Shown: positions 25,395 to 36,532 of the stretch, in pieces
Layout of the letters: the number at the start of each line of letters is the position of its first letter
How positions within the stretch are numbered: the stretch's first letter is position 1
Assembly (NCBI GenBank): GCA_043228905.1
Contig: JBHGNT010000012.1
Coordinates: forward strand, 18,476,001 to 18,540,000
DNA from: Azolla caroliniana
Taxonomy: Eukaryota > Plantae > Polypodiophyta
Length of the DNA stretch: 64,000 nt
Direction: 5' to 3'
Notes under the pieces: model-generated
What the model was told of the DNA's origin: nothing
The model's database searches: none
The model's input: only the letters and a program-made list of their open reading frames with translations
Translations under genes and position numbers: made by a program

Positions 25395-25911
25395 TGTCAG
25401 GAATAGCACTAAAACAGAGATGGAATTAGTACTAAGAACAACAGTACTATTAGTACTAAGAGGACGGGACTGCGTGTCAGGAATAGCACTAAAACAGAGA
25501 TGGAATTAGTACTAAGAACAACAGTACTATTAGTACTAAGAGGACGGGACTGCGTAAGATTCCCGAGAGAGGAAGTGAGAAGAGGAGAGAGAGAGAGATA
25601 GCGAGAATGAGAGAGAGAGAGATGATGACAGCAGCTATATATTATGTGAAAAGATAAGTACAAGCGGCTAAGAGGCTTAAGACTGGCGTTGAACCAATTT
25701 GGTTCAAAACAATGCCGTGTGCCTCCTTTTATAGTGTTTTTAGGAATAATCCTGAAGCTTCTAGAATGTTCCAGAGAGATCTGGAATATACATCAATTTT
25801 CTATGATAAAGTATAAATGAAAATAATATCCTACAAAATACAATTCATAATCTAATGGTAAGAGCTCGACCCATGTAGCATAAAGTCATGGGTTCGAGTC
25901 TTGCCATGACA
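25395..25911 (-). repeat. 3' LTR of element A (80-bp tandem duplication at 25395-25554)
   Basis: Direct repeat of 30705-31221. Confidence 0.96.
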
Positions 25912-25922
25912 CTATCTCCCCC

Positions 25923-28900
25923 TTAAAGACGACGAGTGGAACGAGTCGGCGCTAATTGCGGACCGGGTTTGTCCGGATACTTTCGGTGGAAATTAGCAAG
26001 AAGATCTTGTGCATTGGCAACATTCTCGACGGGTTCCCAAGTACGTTCGCTCGGACTATAACCGAGCCAATCGACCAAGTAATAAAGTTTGTTGCGAACA
26101 AGTTTGGAATCGTCATACTCTGGGCCGGCGTCCAACTCCAACGGGGGCGGCGGTGGTGTCACACGATCGGGAATGGTGTTTGCTTTATAAGGTTCAAGAA
26201 GAGAACAATGGAAAACCGGATGTATCTGAAGCTACGGAGGGAGATCCAGACGGAAGGTGACATCATTAATCTTCCCCGTAATACGGAAAGGACCGAGTCG
26301 TCGATAATCCAACTTGTCGCACGGTCGAGTAGTCTTGATGTGACGACGTAAGAGCCATACTCGATCTCCGATGGCAAAAGAGGAGGGAATCCGATGACGA
26401 TCCGCATAAGTCTTCTGTGTGTGTTGAGCATGACGAAGGTGAGTAGAGAGATCCATCTGGATCTTGCGTAGCCTCTCCAAATGGTCCTCGGCACGAGGGT
26501 TGGTAGGTAGCTCCGGAGTGTCGATCACCGACCAACGAGGATGGAAACCGGTATAAGCGAGAAATGGGGAGACCCGAGTCGAGGAGTGAATAGCATTATT
26601 ATACGCAAACTCCGCAAAGTGGAGAATCTCGGCCCAATCGTCCTGTTGATAACTCAGGAAACACCGGAGATATTGCTCCAACGTTTGGTTTGTTCGTTCC
26701 GCCTGTCCGTCAGTTTGAGGATGGTAGCCGGAGGAGAGGTTGCAGGAGACCTTGAGCATCCTGAAGAGATGCTGCCAAAATTTGGAGACAAATTGCGGGC
26801 CTCGGTCACTGATAATACTGTCTGGTAGGCCATGATGCCGAAATACCTCACGCATAACAAGAGCGGCGGTTTCCTCGCTAGTGATGGCTTTAGTACATGG
26901 CACAAAATGTGCCATCTTCGTATATCGATCGACGACGGTTAGGATAGCATTGAACCCCTTCGAGACTGGCAGATCTGTAATAAAATCAAGACAAATAGAC
27001 TGCCATGGCTTACTTGGAATTGGTAAAGGTTCCAACAAGCCATATGGATGGTGTCGTGGCATCTTTGCTCGGCAGCAAGCATCACAGGTCCGAACGTAGT
27101 CGTCGACAAAACGGCGCATGTGGGGCCACCAAAAAGATCGCTGCACTAACTCCAACGTCTTGGTACTACCGAAATGTCCCGCCGTATGGGTGTCGTGACA
27201 ATGTTGGACGATTTGAAGGCGATAGGAGCAATCGGGGACATATACGTGCTTTTTAAAGAATAACAAACCATCATGATATTCGAATTGTCGGTAGTCAATA
27301 CCTGGTTGTTGAGACTGAGAACAGGATGCCCGAGAAGTATCAATGTGCGCCAGGATGTCTTGAGCAAAACTATCCGTCTTCAAGGTTGCACGTATGTCAT
27401 CGGTAATCCGTGAATCCATCGGGGTGTGAAAAATCCGCGTCGTGTGCAATCGTGTTGGTCCCAAGATTACTTGCTTTTGATTATCAAATGTTGCGTCACC
27501 AGGACGAGGTGCAAGATATGAACGCCGTGATAGTGCATCTGCTTTTCCTTGCTGCTTCCCCGGTCGATATGTGATTTCGAAGTTGAAACGCGTGAGGAAT
27601 TGCGCCCACCGAGCTTGCCGTCGATTTAGTACGCGAGCGTTCTGAAAATAAGCAAGATTTTTATGATCGCTAAAGACAATGACCTGATGTGGAGAGCCCT
27701 CTAAGAAATGCCGCCATTGTACAAATGAATCCACGATAGCTAATAACTCCTTGTCATGTATTTCGTAGTTGATTTCTGCGACATTGAATTTGCGCGAATG
27801 GAAAGCCACCGGATGCAACTCTTCTTTATCGCCTCGTTGAGAAAGGATGCTACCGAGGGCGAAATCTGATGCGTCGGCCTCCATGATGAATGGTTTGCTT
27901 GTATCCACATGAGCTAGAATCGGTGCTGATGTAAAGGCTTTCTTAAGATGCCGAAAAGCCATATCTGCTTCGATGGACCAAAGAAATGCTTGGCCCTTCT
28001 TCGTAAGTTGTGTGAGAGGTAAAATAATCTTCGAGTAATCCTGTATAAACTTACAGTAGAAGTTAGCAAAGCCTAGAAAACATTGTACATCTCGTACCGA
28101 CCGTGGAATTTGCCACTCTAGTACAGTTTGGATTTTAGCTGGATCCATGGCGATGCCCTTTGAGGAGATGACGTAGCCTAGAAATTCCACTTGCTTGCAG
28201 TCAAAGCTACATTTCTCTAGCTTGGCATAAAGACCATTCTCGCGGAGTCGCTTTAGTACTAATAGTACATGAGAATCGTGCTCTTCCTGGGTCTTCGAAT
28301 AAATCAACAGATCATCCAGATAAATGATCAAACAGATATCCAAGAGGTCTCTGAATATATCATTTGCCATGTGTTGGAAGACTGCGGGTGCATTGGTTAG
28401 GCCAAACGACATAACAGTATACTCGAAATGCCCATACCGCGTGCGAAAAGCGGTCTTCCACTCATCTCCCGGTCGGATCCGCACGAGATTATACGCTCCT
28501 CGTAGGTCGATTTTAGTAAAAAACTTGGCACCATTAACTCGCTCTAAAAGACTTGATATAAGAGGAAGTGCATACCTATTCCGGATGGTGACTTTATTCA
28601 ATCCGCGGTAATCAACGACAAGACGAAGTGAGCCATCTTTCTTCTTGACAAAGAAGATGGGTGCACCGGCCGGAGATTTCGAATGACGGATGAACCCGCT
28701 TGCCAAGTTCTCCTCTATGTAGGCTCGAAGGACTTCTAACTCGGTGGGTGACAAGTTGTAAATTGGTCCCCATGGTGGCTCGGTTCCTGGTTGTAAATCG
28801 ATGGGACAGTCATAGGGACGGTGATGAGGAAGGGTACCGGCTTTTACCTTGTCAAATACATCGGCATAAGGATGATATTTTGCCGGAAGTTGTATTGAGG

Positions 28901-29490
28901 AGTCCTTCTTAATAGTGCTAGAAGGATGTACTGATATGGCAAATAGGAACATTGCCTCCTTGGGTCCTTCTTCGCGTAGTTGATGGAGTGAAATGGTTGA
29001 AACTCGGTGAGTTGATTCTTGGGGTGGTCGATATCGGACTTCTCTTGTTCTCCAATCTATGGCTGGATTATGTAATTCAAGCCAAGGTAATCCTAGGACA
29101 ATGGGATGCTCTGGACTACTAATTATATTAAATGATATTATACACACAAAACTACCTAGGACAACTTGAATGGGTTCTGATTCTTCTACAATATTCCCGG
29201 AAGCAATGGGACGACCATCAATGACCACTACAGATGCGGGACAAGGAAGTTTTCTCAAGGATATCTGAGAAGCTTGGGCAAAATTTCGATCCATGAAACA
29301 GGAATTAGCTCCGGAATCTAAAAGTGCTAGGACGGGTACTGGGGGAGTACTTTTAGTACTAACAATGACTTGGGCTAGGAACACATTGCTAACTTGCTTG
29401 GAAGGAATGGAACCACTAATGGGCTGTACAGATCTAGGGCTGCTGTCCAACCAAATGGCTCCTATTTTGGCTGGACTCAATCGTTTAACT
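25923..29490 (-). pseudogene. Element A pol; PR-RT-RH-IN open (26232-29480), premature TAG at 26232-26234, damaged chromodomain
   Basis: LLDSGAN, YLDD, CLDFITDLP. DLPP-stop where B has ELPPQ; EYDDSK where B has EYEVAAILDSK. Confidence 0.93.
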
Positions 29491-30634
29491 CTTCATCTAA
29501 TTGACTAAGGATTTCAAATTTATTTGAGATACTTGGGCTATTAGTACTATGAATACTATCTGACACTCTATTAGTACTATTAATACTATCAGACACTCCG
29601 AAGGGAAGAATTGACTCGGGTTTAGTACAGGCGACGATTTGATTTACCTGTCTTCTTGGCCTATGGGGACAATTGATGGCGATATGTCCTGGTCCACCGC
29701 AATAAAGACATAATCGATTGGCACGTCGTCGTTGCTTTTCTTCTTCCGATAACGGGCCGCGTCGACGCATGGTATCGATCTCCATCGGTGTCGAAGTATT
29801 TGCTTGAGGTATGTCTCGTGCAAACGGTTTAGCCGCGACTACGACATAAGTGGGCTCTGGCCTAGAGCGTGGTATCTGTAATTGACGTTCTGAACGCCGT
29901 TCAAAAAGGCGGTTGTCACATCGAACTGCTCGACTGATTGCCTCCGTAAGAGACTTTGGTTCTTCGGGGAAAGTTAGAAGTAGATCTTTGACATCGTTTC
30001 GCAAGCCATAGCGAAACTGCTCCATTAGTGCTTGATCATCCCAGGGTATATCTGAAGCAAGTAGGCGGAAATCCGCCGCGTAGGCAGAGGCTGGACGATC
30101 GCCTTGACGCAATCGCCGGATCTTGTTGATCGTCGTCCTGATGCTGTCGGTGTCCCCAAAGCAGGCTTTAAACTCACCAATAAAATCTTCAAAGTTATTA
30201 AGTAAGGGTGATTGTTTTTCTAGAAGCGGAGCAAACCATGCCAAGGCTGAGCCACTAAGTAGCGTGCCTATTAGGCCGACTCGAGATGCATCAGTGGGAT
30301 ATCGGGAAGGATGCATCTGGATGACTAAGCGTACCTGATTAAGGAATCCCCGGAATTGCGAACGCGTTCCATCAAATTTCACAGGAAGTCCAATCTTGGG
30401 CTCTTTATGAAATCCTTGGGGACTGGATCCTTGTTGTTGCAACGCTGCTTCGAGTTGTTGTACCCGTAACGCTAACTCCCCATGTTGTTGTTGCGTTTGT
30501 TGTTTTTCTAGAGCGATTTGTTGCAAATCCCCTATCAGCCGTTGGTTTTCTTGTTCCAGGGCAACAAATTTTTCTTTTAGGCACTGTAGCTCGGAGAAAA
30601 CGGATTGGTATTCTTGGGCGCTAACAGTAGCCAT
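29477..30634 (-). CDS. gag: Element A Gag (385 aa; coiled coil, capsid, CCHC knuckle)
   Basis: Intact ORF; EPKIGLPVKFDGTRS, LCLYCGGPGHIAINCP; resembles Sushi/PEG10-type Gag. Confidence 0.95.
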   Translation of the reverse strand: MATVSAQEYQSVFSELQCLKEKFVALEQENQRLIGDLQQIALEKQQTQQQHGELALRVQQLEAALQQQGSSPQGFHKEPKIGLPVKFDGTRSQFRGFLNQVRLVIQMHPSRYPTDASRVGLIGTLLSGSALAWFAPLLEKQSPLLNNFEDFIGEFKACFGDTDSIRTTINKIRRLRQGDRPASAYAADFRLLASDIPWDDQALMEQFRYGLRNDVKDLLLTFPEEPKSLTEAISRAVRCDNRLFERRSERQLQIPRSRPEPTYVVVAAKPFARDIPQANTSTPMEIDTMRRRGPLSEEEKQRRRANRLCLYCGGPGHIAINCPHRPRRQVNQIVACTKPESILPFGVSDSINSTNRVSDSIHSTNSPSISNKFEILSQLDEELND

Positions 30635-30704
30635 AGTATAGGGAAAAGGGTAGGAGGATGAGGGAGAGGGACAAGTAGGCTAGAGGAACAAAATTGGTTC
30701 AAAC

Positions 30705-31221
30705 TGTCAGGAATAGCACTAAAACAGAGATGGAATTAGTACTAAGAACAACAGTACTATTAGTACTAAGAGGACGGGACTGCGTGTCAGGAATAGCACT
30801 AAAACAGAGATGGAATTAGTACTAAGAACAACAGTACTATTAGTACTAAGAGGACGGGACTGCGTAAGATTCCCGAGAGAGGAAGTGAGAAGAGGAGAGA
30901 GAGAGAGATAGCGAGAATGAGAGAGAGAGAGATGATGACAGCAGCTATATATTATGTGAAAAGATAAGTACAAGCGGCTAAGAGGCTTAAGACTGGCGTT
31001 GAACCAATTTGGTTCAAAACAATGCCTTGTGCCTCCTTTTATAGTGTTTTTAGGAATAATCCTGAAGCTTCTAGAATGTTCCAGAGAGATCTGGAATATA
31101 CATCAATTTTCTATGATAAAGTATAAATGAAAATAATATCCTACAAAATACAATTCATAATCTAATGGTAACAGCTCGACCCATGTAGCATAAAGTCATG
31201 GGTTCGAGTCTTGCCATGACA
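30705..31221 (-). repeat. 5' LTR of element A
   Basis: Adjacent to the self-complementary PBS at 30691-30704. Confidence 0.96.
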
Positions 31222-33131
31222 CTACCACAAGGAGCGACAAACTCGGTTGCTCATATGATGAACGCGATGAACAAGGTGCTTCGAGACTGCATTCCGGAGA
31301 TAACGATGCCGTTCCTCGATGACATTCCGATGAAAGGATGCGCGGTAGAAGAAAAAGATGAGACTATGGATGATCGGGGATGCCGAAAGTTCGTGGTCGA
31401 CCATATTCATGATTACGAGAAAGTGTTGCGAAAGTTAGAAGATGTGCACCTAACACTTTCCGGGGAGAAATCGGCATTCGGGCAAGAAGAAATATTGGTG
31501 GTCGGACATCTATGTGGGCCCTACGGCCGAAGACCGTCACCAACAAAGATCGATGCGATTCAAGCTATGGAGGAAGTATGCGAGTCAACATCCGAAGTCC
31601 GAAGGTTTCTCGGTGCATGTGCATTCTATCACATATGGATTCCGCTCTACCACTTGTTGCGGAAAGGTAAGAAATTCGAATGGAAACCGGAACACACCAA
31701 AGCCATGAAGAAATTGAAGAAGACACTTCGGAGGGCGGAAGCACTTAAGAAGCCGAGCTATGATCGACCGATCATAGTAACGGTTGATACAAGTCCAACC
31801 GGTATCGGGTGGGTCATCAATCAAGCCGACTCGGATGGTTCGCGGTATCCGATCCGATTCGGAGCAAAGGTTCTCAACAAAAGGCAACGTGGATATGCGC
31901 AAGTCAAAAGAGAACTGTGGGGAGTCGTGTCGGCGATAAAATCGGATCGGGATTATTTGATCGGAGCCAAAGTGGTGATCGAGACGGATTGTCTTCCGAT
32001 ACTCGGGATGATGCAGTGTTGTACGATACCGGATGTAGCTATGCTAAGGTGGGTTGCATATGTCAAGTCGCTTAATCCGGAGGTTCGACACATCTCGGGG
32101 AAGGACAACGCGGTAGCGGATATGTTATCAAGGGCTCGGTTTGGAGAGGACATAACCGAATCGGATAATGAAGAAGTTTTCGAAGCCTAGTTCGCGTCGG
32201 AGCACATATGCCGAGTAAACGTAATCCGAGAATTCCGGGAAGAAGAATACGAGGAAGAAAGCTTGATGATCGGAAAGATGTTACAAGAGGCCGAGGATTC
32301 AACAAACGATAAAGGAAGAAGAGCTGAGATCCGAAGGAAGAAGAGGCAAGTCCAAAAGTTCTTCTTGGAAAACGGATTAATATGGAGGGTGCCGAAAAGA
32401 CCGGATGGTATACCATTTCGAGTAGTCGGGACAAAAGAGCAACAAGACCGGATAATGTCCGAGTTTCACGAATCTGATTGGGCTGGACACCGAGGAACAT
32501 GGGCAACATTTGTGAAGATCAAGCAAAAATAGTGGTGGAAGAAAATGTACAAAGATGTCGCGGAGTTCACGGAAAGCTGCGAGAAATGTCAAGTCTACTC
32601 CGGGGTTCGACATCGAGATGAGTTACATCCGACATTCTCACCGACAATCAACTTCAAGTGGATGGTTGACATAGTGGCCATGCCGACCGGGATCGGACAA
32701 AAGAAATACTTGGTATTAGCTCGGGAAGATCTCACGAATCAAGTAGAAGGTCGAGCGCTTCAGAGGAAAACGTGTTCCGCGGTATGCCAATTTCTTTTGG
32801 AGGAAGTATTTTGTAGGTATGGGTGCGTAGGACAAGTGATTGCGGACCGGGGAGAACTCGACTCGGACAAAGCTAGGGGATTCTTCGCCAAACACGGAGT
32901 TCGGTTATCGCTGACAACGGCATACAATCCGGAGGCCAACGGGAAAATCGAACGAGGACATAGTCTGATCGTGAAAGCACTTGCAAAGGCATGCGATGGA
33001 AAGGTGAAGGACTGGCTGCAGATGCTTCCGTATGCACTATGGGCGGATCGGACGACGCATAGCTCCATAACCGGTTACATGCCGGCAAAACTCATGACCG
33101 GACAAGCACCGGTAATGCCGACGGAAACCGT

Positions 33132-33998
33132 TGTCGTGCCTTTCGGCTCCGGATCGTTGCGTGAGTCGGGTGGGAACCACAGAGGTCTTGGACTAGGAGA
33201 AAGAAGTTCGTGAGATAGAGATTAATTATGAGTAAATAGCAAAGAGAAGATAAGAAACTCGTGAATCACACGAGTATACTATATTAATTGGTACTTAGGG
33301 TGTTAAGAGAGAAGTAGATGTATAAATCGTGAATCCCACGAATAAATTTTGTATTGATTAATACTTAATCCAAATAATCAACAACCCTTTACATATTTCT
33401 CTCCTCCTTATATAAGGGAGGAAGAGCTAAGCATGGCTTCATGCTTTTTTTTTACAAAAAGTGTTCATGTCCACTAAATGTGCATGTGATGCTTTTTTTA
33501 TTTCCTAAGTATAGGGCTCATGCACGCTAGATGTGCATGAGTTATTTTTAGTGTCTCGTGTTTTTCTTTTTTTTTTCTTTTTCATATATTAAAAAAATAC
33601 ACGATTTACCTTTTAATAAAGGTATGCATAAATAAAGGTCTTATACGTATTAAATCTATATTTAAAACACTTAAGATAATTTAATGTAATGGTAAGGTTG
33701 GGGTTTGTCAACGTGGAGGTGCAGAGTTTGAATCACGCCTTGCGCAGTAGTGAGTATTTCCTTTTTTTTTTTTACATTTATGTCTCTTTATCCGGCTCTT
33801 CCTTGCCGGTATGCCGTTTTCTTCCTTGCCGGTATGCCGTTTTCCTCCTTTCCGGTATGCCGTTTTTCCTCCTTGCCGGTATGCCGTTTTCCTCCTTGCC
33901 GGTATGCCGTTTTCTTCCGGTTCTCACCGAGCACTCCATTCTCTATCCGGAGGGACAAAAATATAATTTCCACATAGTGTGCAACCTACACTACGACA
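33132..33998 (-). repeat. 3' LTR of element G
   Basis: Direct repeat of 45472-46338. Confidence 0.96.
33798..33913. repeat. Five ~23-bp tandem repeats CYTCCTTGCCGGTATGCCGTTTT in U3 of G (copy at 46138-46253)
   Basis: Read directly from the sequence. Confidence 0.9.
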
Positions 33999-34788
33999 CT
34001 CGCCCCCTCCAAACCCGCACATCCTCCGGTATGTGCCGAAGTTCTTGATTCTTCGTATCCGTCTTCATCCGAAGCTTCCTCCGATTCTCCTCTTATGTCG
34101 ACTATGAGTTGTAATCCACTTTCTTCGCTTCCCGCATCATTGTGGTCTTCGTCCGATTGCTCCTCGTTGTCGGCCTCGACTTGGATCACATAAGGTTTGT
34201 CGTCGGTCCGCTTCTTGAAAATCTTCACCCGCTTCCCGGCTATAGGCACTCGTAGTATTGTTCCATCCAACTCGGACAGTCGGTACGTCCCGTTGTCGAA
34301 GACCTTCCGAACCTCGTACGGCCCGAACCACCTTTTCGAGAATTTCCGCATCGTTGTATGTTGATGGTCCAAGCTACTATCATAGACGATCACCCAATCT
34401 CCTTCTTCAATCCTCCTCGGTCGTAGTCGGTGCTTTGTGTCGAACCGGCTTTTGTTCCGGAACCGTGCTTCTTGTTGTCGGCGTGACGTTTCCGCTACAT
34501 CTTTCGGTCTTCCCTCCAGTTGTCGTATCCGGACCGCTAGTAATTCTTCCCGGCTCATCTCTTCCTTCCACGGTAGTATTGTCCATGTCGCGATTGCGGT
34601 TTCCGTTGGCATTACCGGTGCTTGTCCGGTCATGAGTTCTGCCGGCATGTAACCGGTCACGGAGCTATGCGTCGTCCGATCCGCCCATAGTGCATACGGA
34701 AGCATTTGTGGCCAATCCTTCACCCTTCCGTCGCATGCCTTCGCAAGTGCTTTCACGATCGGACTATGTCCTCGTTCGATCTTCCCGT
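33986..34788 (-). pseudogene. Element G integrase C-terminal part with acidic tail, no chromodomain
   Basis: LPYALWADRTT, RWFGPY; continues NPEANG|KIERGH across B. Confidence 0.92.
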
Positions 34789-35078
34789 TGTCATAACTAG
34801 ACTCGAACCCATAACCTTTTGTTACACGGGTCGAGACTTTACCATTAGGTTATGAATTGTAATTTGAAGGATATTATTTTCATTTAGGTTTTATTAGGAA
34901 ATTGATGTATATTCCAGATTTCTCTGGAACATTCTAGAAACTTCAGGAATATTCCTGAAGACACTATAAAAGGAGGCGCAAGGCATTAGTTCGAACCAAA
35001 TCGGTTCAACGCCAGTCTTAAGCCTTCTAACCACTGTTGTATATCTTCCTTCATATAATACATATATCTTTCGCATCA

Positions 35079-35126
<48 letters not shown>

Positions 35127-35259
35127 ACTCATTCCTTCTCTCAAAGTTCGACACCTCTCATAGTACTAATCCTTCTCTGTCTTAGTACTATTCCCCGACA
35201 ATAGTACTAATCCTTCTTTTAGTACTAATTCCTTCTCTGCCTTAATAGAGTTCCTGACA
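34789..35259 (+). repeat. 5' LTR of element B
   Basis: TGTCA...TGACA; TATAAAA at 34965. Confidence 0.97.
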
Positions 35260-35273
35260 GTTTGAACCGATTT
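35260..35273 (+). promoter_or_regulatory. Putative self-priming PBS of element B
   Basis: TTGAACCGATTT is the exact complement of LTR 34998-35009; no TGG tRNA-type PBS is present. Confidence 0.8.
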
Positions 35274-35362
35274 TCTTCGGTGCCTGTCTGGTCTTTTCTC
35301 TCCCTCTTCCTTCTGTCTCCCTCCTTTCCTATTAGTCTCTTATTCCCCTTTTCCTTCATCCC

Positions 35363-36532
35363 ATGGCCACCGTTAGCGCTGAAGAGTATCAATCCGTTTT
35401 CTCGGAATTTCAATGCTTGAAAGAGAAGTTTCATGCTTTGGAACAAGAAAATCAACGCTTGTTGGGGGATCTTCAGCAAATTTCCTTAGAAAAGCAGCAA
35501 ACGCAACAACAGCATGGGGAACTTGCGTTACGCGTGCAACAACTCGAAGCAACCATCGTAGCAATGCAACAACAAGGGCACGGAGCACAAGGGATTCATA
35601 AAGAACCCAAGATTGGCCTTCCCACGAAGTTCGATGGAACGCGATCGCAGTTTAGAGGGTTTCTTAACCAGGTACGGTTAGTTATTCAAATGCATCCGTC
35701 CCGATATCCCACCGATGCATCACGAGTGGGTTTAGTAGGCACGTTGTTAAATGGCTCAGCATTAGCATGGTTCGCTCCGCTACTAGAAAAGGAATCTCCA
35801 GTACTAAATAATTTTGAAGAATTCATAAGTGAGTTTAAAGCATGTTTTGGAGATACTGACAGCATAAGGACTGCAATCAATAAAATCCGGCGATTACGCC
35901 AAGGTGACCGTCCAGCCTCCGCATATGCTGCAGATTTCCGCCTACTCGCCGCCGATATCCCCTGGGATGATCAAGCATTGATGGAGCAGTTCCGCTATGG
36001 TCTACGCAACGATGTCAAGGATTTACTCTTGACTTTCCCTGAAGAGCCAAAATCATTAACAGAAGCAATCAGTCGAGCGGTCAGATGTGACAACCGCCTC
36101 TTCGAGCGACGTTCGGAACGACAATTTCAGATGCCGAGGGCAAGATCCGAGCCTACCTATGCCTCAGTGGTAGCGAAACCTTTTCAAAGGGAGTCACATA
36201 ATGCGCCTCCAGTAAGTACTCCAACTCCAATGGAAATTGACACTACACGTCGTCGTGGGCCGCTATCGGAGGAGGAAAAGCAACGACGCCGAACAAACCG
36301 ATTATGCCTTTATTGCGGTGGACCAGGGCATATCGCGATAAACTGTCCCCATAGACCAAGAAGGCAGGTAAACCAAGTCGTTGTTAGTTCTGACTATACT
36401 AAACCCGAGTCTATTTCAGTAGGAATCTCTGATAGTCCTCATAGTCATAATAGTCCTAATAGTACTAATAGTCCGAATCTCGCAAACAAATTTGATATCC
36501 TTAGCCAATTAGAAGAAGAGTTAAACGACTAA
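35363..36532 (+). CDS. gag: Element B Gag (389 aa)
   Basis: Intact ORF with CLYCGGPGHIAINC knuckle. Confidence 0.96.
   Translation: MATVSAEEYQSVFSEFQCLKEKFHALEQENQRLLGDLQQISLEKQQTQQQHGELALRVQQLEATIVAMQQQGHGAQGIHKEPKIGLPTKFDGTRSQFRGFLNQVRLVIQMHPSRYPTDASRVGLVGTLLNGSALAWFAPLLEKESPVLNNFEEFISEFKACFGDTDSIRTAINKIRRLRQGDRPASAYAADFRLLAADIPWDDQALMEQFRYGLRNDVKDLLLTFPEEPKSLTEAISRAVRCDNRLFERRSERQFQMPRARSEPTYASVVAKPFQRESHNAPPVSTPTPMEIDTTRRRGPLSEEEKQRRRTNRLCLYCGGPGHIAINCPHRPRRQVNQVVVSSDYTKPESISVGISDSPHSHNSPNSTNSPNLANKFDILSQLEEELND

Larger units (their letters stand above)
25395..31221 (-). mobile_element. Element A: near-intact chromovirus (Tcn1-like) in the RT of F
   Basis: 517-bp LTRs 25395-25911 and 30705-31221 (2 mismatches seen). 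TSD CTACC at 25390-25394 and 31222-31226. PPT complement CTATCTCCCCCT. Confidence 0.97.
24322..33131 (+). pseudogene. Element F pol RT-RH-IN (split by A; tail at 46343-46982)
   Basis: RMCTLP|QGATNS rejoins across A; FLDD; stops at 32188 and 32530; short in-frame deletion (HYAHIVDP) relative to G. Confidence 0.92.

Noticed and set aside
33798-33913. CRISPR-like array (also 2704-2808 and 55930-56163)
   Set aside because: Repeats are head-to-tail or have only short non-unique linkers, lie inside LTRs, and there are no cas genes; the context is eukaryotic.
35083-35122. CT/AG microsatellites as separate features
   Set aside because: Ordinary components of these LTRs; length differences reflect slippage.
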